Shown: in pieces, positions 32,051 through 42,488 of the stretch
Position numbering within the stretch: the first letter of the stretch is position 1
Layout of the letters: every line of letters starts with the position of its first letter
NCBI RefSeq assembly: GCF_035594765.1
Contig: NW_026943824.1
Location: 13,587,451-13,651,450 of the forward strand
Direction of reading: 5' to 3'
DNA: 64,000 bases
Source of the DNA: Anolis carolinensis
Taxonomy: Eukaryota
Notes under the pieces: model-generated
Told to the model about the DNA's origin: nothing
Databases searched by the model: none
The model's input: the letters and a program-made list of their open reading frames with translations, nothing else
Position numbers and translations under genes: made by a program

Positions 32051-35000
32051 ATGGAGGCCGCGACGGCAGCGAGCGCTGGGCCGGCGGCGCTTACGGCACC
32101 AGAGGAGGAGGACGGGCCCAGCCGCCAGGCCAGCAGCGCCGCCGCCTTCCTCAGCCTCCGGGCCTCGTTCGGAGAAGAAGGTAGCGAGAGTGGGAGTGGG
32201 CAGGGAGGGAGGGGCCTCTCTCCCCCTAGGCCGCGTCGCTGGAAAAAAGTGAGTGCCCCGCTCTTCTGTACAATACGGTCATCCGTCTTGGGCTGCGCTT
32301 TACTCAGATGACGGCGCCAGGGCCCTTTCAGCGCATGCGCGGAGGAGATGCTGAAGGAAGCAGTACTCCTGTAGCAGCAGGACCTCAATTATTATTATTA
32401 TTATTATTGACACAACAACATTGTATGACACAGCAAACAAGATAGATATGCTGGATTTCGTGTCACAAAATCACAAGTCGAACACTTCCCAAGTGTTGTT
32501 GTATGTCTTTCGGGCTGTGTGGCTATGTTCCAGAAGAATTCTCTCCTGACGTTTCGCCCAGATCTATGGCAGGCATCCTCAGAAGTTGTGAGACATGGAG
32601 AGACTAGGCAAGGAAGGTAAATATATATCATGCTTGACCACTCCAACAACTATGTCAGACTATGTCAGAGAAGCCATTGAAATCCACAAGGATGTGGACA
32701 ACTTCAACAGAAAGGAAAAAAACCATGAAAATGAACAAAATCTGGCTTCCAGTATTAAAAAACTCAAAAATCAGAACAGTAGATGGGAAGCAACACTCTG
32801 AGGGCAGAGGAGCCCCAGGGATGGCTAATGACTCTGAACAAAGGATGCCCCCCAGGCAAGAGACAAACCTTTCCAATGCTAATTAGGGTGATTAAATGCA
32901 ACATTAGCGCTGGCATCCAACTGAAAAAAGGACTCTTGTCACACCCTGGACTCTCCATAGATATACATTTACCTCCCTTTCCTAGTCTCTCCATGCCTCA
33001 CAACCTCTGAGGATGCCTGCCATAGATGTGGGCGAAACGTCAGGAGAGAATACTTCCGGAACATGGCCACACAGCCTGAAAGACATACAACACTGTGATC
33101 CCGGCCATGAAAGCCTTCTACAAAACTTCCCAAGTGTCTAGGACTGTGTGATGTATTTTTGGATGATGCGTGCAGATCCCAGCAGGGTGGCTTTTTGCAG
33201 TTGGCAGATCGTAATTTTTGTCAATGTCTATTGTTTCCAAATGCTGGCTGAGATCTTTTGGCACGGCACCCAGTCTGCCCATCACCACCAGGACCACCTG
33301 CACTGGTTTCTGCCAGAGTCTTTGAAGTTCAATCTTGAGGTCCTGATAGCGGCTGAGTTTTTCCTGTTGTTTTTCGTCAATGCGACTGTCACCTGGGATG
33401 GCAACATCAATGATCCAAACCTTTTTCTTTTCCACAACTGTGATGTCTGGTGTGTTGTGTTCCAGAACTTTGTCAGTCTGGATTCGGAAGTCCCAGAGTA
33501 TCTTTGCGTGCTCATTTTCCAATACTTTTGCAGGTTTGTGATCCCACCAGTTCTTTGCTGCTGGGAGGTGGTACTTGAGGCATAAGTTCCAATGAATCAT
33601 TTGGGCCACATAGTTGTGCCTCTGTTTGTAGTCTGTCTCTGCGATTTTCTTACAGCAGCTGAGGATATGATCCATGGTTTCGTCAGCCTCCTTGCATAGT
33701 CTGCATTTTGGGTCATCAGCTGATTTTTTGATCTTGGCCTGAATTGCCTTTGTCCTGATGTCTTGCTCCTGGGCTGCAAGGATCAGGCCTTCTGTCTCCT
33801 TCTTCAGGGTCCCATTCGTGAGCCAGAGCCAGGTCTTCTCCTTGTCAACTTTTCCTTCAATTTTGTCAAGGAATTTTCCATGCAATGTTTTGTTGTGCCA
33901 GCTGTCAGCTCTAGTTTGTTGTGCGGTTTTCTTGTACTGGTTTTTTTGTCTGCTGTGCTTTCAGGAGTTTCTGATTTTTGACAAAAATTAGCATTATTAT
34001 TATTTTAAATGTTATATTCTATATTATCATTGTGAAGTCTTTACATTAGCACATTATTATTTGTATACTATGCTGATACTATAGTATACTACCGTATGTT
34101 GATACTATATTCTGTTCTATATCATATTATCATTATGATGTATTTACATTATTATTATTTATCTTTAACCCACTTTTCTCCCATGGGTGGGATTCAAAGC
34201 AACTACAAAATCGACATAAAAATACAACAGAAAATCATACAAGCAAAGTAAACAGAAATACACACTACATAAACCAGATTTTAACAAATTAAAACATTAT
34301 ACCATTAAAAAATTCCCTGACCATCAGGCCATTAAGGTTATCAATTAAAAGAGTTATTCTAGTGTCCTAAAATTCAATTTCCTTTAATAATAATAATAAT
34401 TTTATTTTTATACCCTGCACACTGAAATGGATTATATGGCAGTGTGGAGTCAAGATAATCCAGTTCAAAGCAGATAATATAATATTATAAATGGGCTATA
34501 TAGCTGTGTGGAAGGGCCTGGAGTCTACACTGCCATATAATCCAGTTCAAATCAGATAATCTGTATTTTATAGGCAGTGGGGAAGAGGCCTTAGTGAGGC
34601 CTAACTCTGCCTGTCCCCTAGGCTGAGTGGGTTGCTAGGAAACCAAGTGGGCGGAGCTTAGCCTTCGAACTGGCAACAATTGGATAAAAGCAATTACTCC
34701 TCTCCCTCTAATTAGGATTTTCTTTTTCTTGTATGAACGTAGAGGCACAGATGAGGGGTTGTGCTGCCAAGTTTAGTGTTTCTGGGGTGTGTAGTTTTGT
34801 TGTTTTGTCCTAGGCCGAAATTTCATTACCCTTTTATAAGTAAGGTATAGATATACAATGAAAACTCAAGTATGATAGCATAAAAGATTAGGGCCCTTTT
34901 CCATGCCTTGGGCAAGATCCACAGTTATGAACAAGATAGATTCTGTAGGTTGAATTTGTGTGTGTGTTTTGAATTGCATAGAGAAGGGTTAAGAGCCCTG

Positions 35001-36902
35001 TGTGAGTTTGTTATGCTGTCTGTGCCCCTGTTCAGAAGATTTTTCTCCTTGTGTTAATTGGATTTCATGCTATCTTGGCATAATGTGGCAAGTTATGCTG
35101 TCCCTTCTAAAGATGTGCTTCTTTCCATTCTTTTGGACAACAGACGAAGACGACCGGCACAAGTGCGGCCGCTGTGGATCTGAATTCACCTCTTTGGAAG
35201 AATTTGTGCAACACAAGCTTCAAAAGCTTTGCCAGAAGCAACAAAATGCCGCAGACACAGCAGTAACAACCTCGGCAAGTTTACTAGTGCCAGAAATGGA
35301 TGCTCATCCTGGAAAGGGGTGGGGGTGGATAGCATAACAGTATTGCCATTATAGTTTTGGGTAAGAGCTGGATGACTGGAGAAAAAAATCATTGATTTTT
35401 TTTGGTGTAGTAACAGTAAGAAGGCAGTAGGACTGATGCTGGTTTAAGTCAAGATGATGAGGGAGGAGTGGTTCTGCTTTGAAGCCATTCAGATTTCAAA
35501 CCTTCCTAGAAAAGCATTTTAAACATTATGAATTTAATAGGGTTGTATTTACTCCTTTTATGGTTTCAGGTGATTTCCTCTGTTGAAGAACCCATAACTG
35601 TCGCCCACATTGTAGTGGAAACTTCTCCCATCACAGAAGAAATTAGCAACGCATCTGCCATTGTAGGTAAGTCAAACAATTTTTGCAAGTTGGTGTGATC
35701 ACCTCCCTTGATGCAGGAACCTATCCAGGTTTTTGCTCTTTCTGCCCCTGGTGCCCCAATTTCTCTTTAAAAAGTAATGATTATTTTATTATTTATTTAC
35801 AGTATTTATATTTCGTCATTCTCACCCCAAAGGGGACTCAGGGCGGATCACATTACACATAAAGGCAAACATTCAATGCCTTAACATAGAACAAAGACAT
35901 GACAAACACGGGGCTCTGAGCTGGCCTCGAACTCATGACCTCTTGGTCACAGTGATTTGTTGCAGCTGGCTGCTCAACAGCCTGCGCCACAGCCCGTCCT
36001 GGGTTATCTCTGACTTGGAAGGTATACACTTGGACATCCAGAGAGCATTTCATCAAATTGCTTATTATAGTAATGGAGTCATGGGATACAATGGCATGAG
36101 ATGATGTTGGGATGCAACTTCCTAATGTTTCTCACTGCAATCCAGTATTTGCAATGGGTCTATGCTTTCCTCACCAGGATAGGAGGACAAACCGTTCCTC
36201 TTATGAATCATTAACATTTTTGGCCAGTCATTCCCTTGGCATCTTCCTTGCAGAGAGCGGGGTCATCAAGGAAGTCATTGTCACTGACGGCCAAGTCTTC
36301 GAAAGTCCCAACGGCCACATCGATGGCAATGGCCTCGGAGAGGAACAGCGCAGCCCCGAGGGGGAGGAGGAAGAGGAAGAAGACAGACCAGGCTCCGTGG
36401 AACTCATCAAGGTCAAGCTCTTGGTCAACAAGGAAGGCCGCTACGTGTGTGAGCTCTGCCACAAGACCTTTAAGACGGTATGTGGCATGGCCTGCCCATT
36501 TTGTTGTCAAGGGCTGTCAGATTGGTGTAGGGTTATACTGGCAGGCACGAGCAAACTGGCTCTCGTTCCACGTGTTTTGGACAGTCGATAGGTTGTTAGG
36601 AATGGTGGGAGTTGAGGTTTTAGGAAGGGCTGAAGTTTGTCCATGCCTGGCTTGCAGTAATTGAATGAGGGATCTTCTGTAAGGCCCTATCTGCACTGTC
36701 ATATACTGTCCTTTAGCTGCACCGAACTGGGTTATATGGCAGTGTATATACCCATATTTCTTCCATTATAAAACATCATCGATTGTAAGACGCACCCTCA
36801 TTTCGGTACCAACAACAGCATAAATACGTGAAGATACACCTGTGATTCTAAGACTCATCCCATTTTTAGAGATGTTTATATGGGAAAGTGCATCTTAGAA
36901 GA

Positions 36903-36941
<39 letters not shown>

Positions 36942-39900
36942 TCTTTATTTGTAACCCGCCCTATACATCAATCAGGTATACAGTAATTCAGTAATCCAGT
37001 TCAATGCAGTGTAGATGGGGCCTGAGGGAAGCAGCCATGACTTCCTTGATGAAGTCCATCCACCTTAATCATGTTCTCCTCCTTTTTCCTACTGTCCTCT
37101 CATGTTGTGTGAGATAGATCAATAATACCATGCTATAGCACCTCACTACATTATCTGTAAGTAATGCCTTTTTGTGCAACTCATGAGGAGTGGATTATTA
37201 TTATTATTATTATTATTATATCTGGTCTCCTCCCCAAAGGGACTCAAGGGACCTAAGAAATAAAACACCTGTGTTGCTATCTAGCTTTGACATTCCCTGC
37301 AAGAGAACACTCTGTGCCTGACAGTTTAAATGTGTTTGATTATTTTAATTGATGTATTTGTTATGGTTATGTTGTATGTTTATGTTGGCAATTAAATGCT
37401 TTATCTATGTTGGAAACTGCCCTGAGTCCCTTCGAGGAGATAGAGCAGTATACAAACAAAATGTATTTATTTATTTTCACCTTCTCTTTGCCTCCTCTTG
37501 CTGTCTGTAGGCCAGCATCCTCAAGGCCCACATGATCACACACAGCACCAGGAAGGACTATGAGTGCAAGTTGTGCGGGACCTCCTTTCGGACCAAAGGC
37601 TCGCTGATCCGGCACCATCGCCGCCATACAGGTGAGGGACCTGCCTTGCTTTGGGGAAAAAAAGTGACTCATTCATACGCAGCATTCAGTCAGTGAGTTA
37701 AAAGGAATTTTCCCGGCTGCTTGGCTTCCTCCTTGAGCCTACCAGCTCTGCCTTTCCCCCTTCAGATGAGCGCCCTTACAAGTGCAAGAAGTGCGGGAAG
37801 AGCTTCCGGGAGTCAGGGGCTTTGACGCGGCACCAGAAGTCCTTGACTCCCTGCACCGAGAAAATACGCTTCAGCCTCAACAAGGAAATCCTTATCAGTA
37901 AAGAAGACTTGGCCGCAGGTGAGCAAAAAGGCACCTCCTCTCTCCTTTCGGGGTGGAGTTAGAACTGGTCACCTCCTTTCAGCAAAAAAATAAAGCCACT
38001 GTAAGAAGCAGAAGGAGAGGGCCACTAAAATAATCAAAAGCCTGGAAGCCACGAATAATCCTGAGGAAGAGCAGCTTAAAGAGCTTGGTCCCTTTATCCC
38101 GCAGAAGAGAAGGTTAAGATGAGACATAAGAGCTATGTTTACATATTTCTTAAGGAAAAAGGAGGAGGCTTGTTTTCTGCTGTCCTGGAGATTAGGCTTC
38201 AATGAAGCCATGGGTTCAAATGACAGGAAAGGGGATTCAGTTGGGGCAGACTGCAGGATTATTTGTCGTGTTGGGAGCAGTGTGGCAGCGCATGTGTCCC
38301 ATGGGCTGCAGGGCCAGAGGTTACATGACGTGTCCCCCTTTTCTTTGAAGAGCCCATCAGCCCCACTGCCGAAGCTGTCCCCTTGCTCCCCACTCCCCCT
38401 GCAGAGCCTTCGCCTGTCATCCACCTGGTGACGGACGCCAAGGGCAACGTCCTCCATGAAGTCCATGTCCGGATGCAGGAACTCCCCAAAGCCTTGGGCC
38501 AAGAGGTTAGTAGGAACGTTGTTGCGTGTAAATGCTGTAGGTGAACTCCGAGAGACTTCTGCCTGGGGCAAACATTTCTGTAGGCTCTGCTAGAGACAAA
38601 ACGCCTGGCTTCTTGGAAAGGGTAAATATCAACAAGGCTTGCAAAGGAGAATGATTTAAAAGGGGTTCTCTTTCCTCCATCGTGGTCAACTGTGAAATAC
38701 GCACATATGGTAACCCTCAGCCTATGCTGACAATTCACGGAATCTTCTAGAGCTCTCCCAGCGGAAGCCCCGCCCACTCTACCCCATGACCTATATATAG
38801 CCAGTCTGAGGGGCTGCCGCCCAGTTCCCTGCCGCGATAGTAGCAAGGTAAGAGGCATGACATAGTGGGGAGGATGGGCGGGGATGTGCGAATTTCACAG
38901 GTGACCACTCGGAGAAACAAGGTTACAGGTAAGCAACCTTTTCTTTCCTCCATCGTGGTCAACTGTGAAATATGCACATATGGTAGATTAGCGAGCTACT
39001 AACCTTGGCTGGTGGGAGTCACACCACCGTAGAAAAAAATACTGCTCTTCCAAATGAAGCATCCTTTCGAGACACTGCATCAACCTTGTAATGTCTGATG
39101 AATGCTGATGGATTGGACCAAGCAGCTGCACGGCAAACGGCATCTATGGGCACACCTTTCATAAAGGCCACTGAGGTGGACATTGATCTCGTTGAGTGGC
39201 CTCTAACATGTTCTGGCAACTCTCGGCCAGCTAGCTTGTACGCGTATCGAATTGTAGCTACAATCCATGCCGACAGCCGTTGTGTGGATACTGGTGCACC
39301 CTTAGTATCTTCATGATATTTCAGAAATAATCTTGGAGATTTACGAAATTCAGCTGTTCTGTCAATGTAAAAAGCCAGCGCTCTTTGAACATCTAGCGAC
39401 AAAACATGGAGGGCTTGAGAAGAGGGCTATCTTGCTTTGTTAACGCAGGCCTGTTGCTCTTGCAGCCTTCGAACGCCGAGGAGCTGCCCCTCGACGCCGA
39501 AGAGAACGAGAACTTGCTGAGGGAAGCCATGAGAAATTCTGGGATTGTGATTGAACGGGTTTCTGTGGAGGAGAGGGCCGACTCGGTTGCCACTGATGCC
39601 ACATCTGCTGCAGAGGAACCAAAGGGCGAGGAGGCCTCAGTAAAGCTCTGCGGGGAGCAGTTTGTGGAGATTGAGGAGGCTGAAACGGTGAGCACCATCC
39701 AAGGCAACTCCAGCTTATAATATTCAGACCCGGTCTGCTTTCTCTACTGCTCTTGAAATCCACTTTGCTGTTGCGTTTCTGTCCTAACATTTTCTCTCTT
39801 TTTGTAGCAAGAAGCAGATGTGACGGAGGAAGGCAAGGGCCATGCGTGCCCCTACTGCAGTGAAACCTTCAGGGAACGTAGCTCACTGGATCTCCATATC

Positions 39901-42434
39901 AGCGGGCATCTAGGTGAGGCCTCAGCCTGCTTCATTGTCCTAAAAACAAGTTTTCTTTCTCAAATTGTAACCACATTGCTAACTGAGAGGCTTCATTAAG
40001 TTATGCAAACAGTTAGGGGCCATTAAAGGGCATCATGGCATTGCGGTTTCCTTGTGCTTCAGGAGGTGCTAAGTTTCCTGGGCTTCCATCCCCTTCACCT
40101 TCTCTCCCTCCAGATTACAAGCCTTTCACCTGTGAGGAGTGCGGCAAAGAGTTCACCAAGGGCTACCTGCTGAAGAAGCACCAGGAGGTGCATGTGAACC
40201 AGCGGCGTTTCCGCTGTGGGGAGTGTGGCAAGCTCTACAAGACCATCGCCCACGTCAAGGGCCACCGGCGGGTGCATTCGGACGAGCGGCCCTACCCCTG
40301 CGCCAAGTGCGGCAAGCGGTTCAAGACTAAGGTAGGCCCTCAATTTCCTGTCACACAAGCATAGGTCTTCAGCTACCTGGATACCGTTGACTCTTTGCAG
40401 AACAACCCTGCATATCAGACCAGAATGGTATGAGCAAATATTTGGAAAAAATTCTTTGCCTTTTTTTTCTGTACTGTAAATGTGTAATGTTATACTCTAC
40501 TTATATAATCTAATAATAATAATAGCAACAATAACTTAGGGCAATGATGGGCAACCTTTTGCGCTTGGTGTGTCAAAATTCACCAAAAATCCTAGCATGA
40601 CTTGGGTGGTGTGTCACTTCGAGAAAAAAACCATAATTTTGCAATATGTATAGTTTAAATAATAAAAATATATAATTGTAATATATAACTGTATTGAATA
40701 AATCAAAAACTATTTACTACCATTATTTCCTTGTACAACAATCTATGGTACCTCTTGCAGTTTCCATGCTGATTTCTCTCTATTCTAGTTTCAATGTAGT
40801 CATGAATAATAATATAATAGTAATAATATGATAATATACCACAATAATTATAGAATTATATAATAATTATAAATTGTATATATATACATTATTATGCACA
40901 TTACATTTATCTATATATATAAAAGGGTAATGAAATTTCGGCCTAGGACAAAACAACAAAACTACACATCCCAGAAACACTAAACTTGGCAGCACAACCC
41001 CTCATCCATGCCTCTACGTTCATACAACAAAAAGAAAAGAAAAATAAAGTCCTAATTAGAGGGAGAGGAATAATTGTTTTTATCCAATTGCTGCCAGTTA
41101 GAAGGCTAAGCTCTGCCCACTTGGTCTCCTAGCAACCCACTCAGCCCAGGGGATAGGCAGAGTTAGGCCTCATTTAGACCTCTTCCACACTGCCTATAAA
41201 ATACAGATTATCTGATTATCTGACTTTGCCACAGCAATGCGNNNNNNNNNNNNNNNNNNNNNNNNNNNNNNNNNNNNNNNNNNNNNNNNNNNNNNNNNNN
41301 NNNNNNNNNNNNNNNNNNNNNNNNNNNNNNNNNNNNNNNNNNNNNNNNNNNNNNNNNNNNNNNNNNNNNNNNNNNNNNNNNNNNGTAATGTGCATAATTC
41401 CAATGGACTAAACAACAAAACCACTGGACCAAATCACATCAAATTTGGCCACAAAAGACATAGTCATCCAATCAATCTGCATGCGGCAGCGTGTCAGCAA
41501 AAATGGCTAGGTGTGTCAGTGCTGACACGCATGTCATAGGTTGGTCATCACTGACTTAGGGTCTTCCGTTCAGGGATCAGGAAGTTCACCTTTGCACCCA
41601 AACCCAAGACTGAGATATAATAATAATAACAATTATTATTAGTATTATTTAAGGGGGCAAATACATGGCTATAAAATAAAATAATTCAAATGTAGCGGGT
41701 ATGTCACTCCAGGAAGATGGTTTAAAGGCTGCTCTTGGGAAGCCTTTGCAGAATTTGACATGCTAAGAAGTGCCAAAGAACAGCGTTTGAGAGAAGTGAG
41801 TGTGGAAGGGCTTTTAGCAAGTGTGCAGCTTTGCTTTAAGGAGCCCCTTCTTCCTTGGTCTCTTGGCAGAATGCCCAGCAGGTCCACTTCCGGACCCACC
41901 TGGAGGAGAAGCCCTACGTCTGCCAGTTTTGCAACCAGGGCTTCCGGGAGAAGGGCTCCCTAGTGCGCCACATCCGCCACCACACCGGAGAGAAGCCCTT
42001 CAAGTGCTACCGCTGTGGCCGTGGCTTTGCGGAGCACGGCACCCTCAACCGGCACCTCCGGACCATAGGTGAGACAATGTTATCCTAATGTAAGATCCTT
42101 GGCCGTTGTGTTTAACATCCCCCTTTGATTTCTGCCGCACATTTGGCATGCCTTGACACAGAATTCTTTTAAACCAGCCATTCCTTTTCAACCGTGAAAT
42201 ACCTTCCCCATTCTGGCACATTCTGTACTGGATTTTATGAATTAGTCTCCTGTTTTAATATTGTATGCTTCATGTTGATTTTATCGATTGTTTTACTGAT
42301 AATTGAGGTTTTATTGGTATAATTGTTTTCTTGTTGTTTCATTGATATTTGATTGTTTTATCGGGCTAAGCCCCATGTAAGCCTCCCCGAGTCCCTTCGG
42401 GGAGATGGGGCGGGGTATAAAAATAAAGTTGTTG

Positions 42435-42488
<54 letters not shown>

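Larger units (their letters stand above)
32410..33985 (-). mobile_element. 5'-truncated R4/Dong retrotransposon in E4F1 intron 1, interrupted by a Penelope-like insertion
   Basis: ORF 33118-33885 has the CCHC knuckle CRLCKEADETMDHILSCC, RHN, and the restriction-like endonuclease PD..D..K motif ([17 protein letters not shown]). Frameshift near the C-terminus; (TAA)n tail. Confidence 0.9.

Noticed and set aside
33118-33885. RTE/BovB assignment for the TAA-tailed LINE
   Set aside because: A C-terminal CCHC plus PD..D..K endonuclease indicates the RLE-bearing R4 clade.
39019-39402. Phage integrase or bacterial contamination
   Set aside because: The YR fragment is joined to DIRS-type repeats inside an in-phase E4F1 intron.
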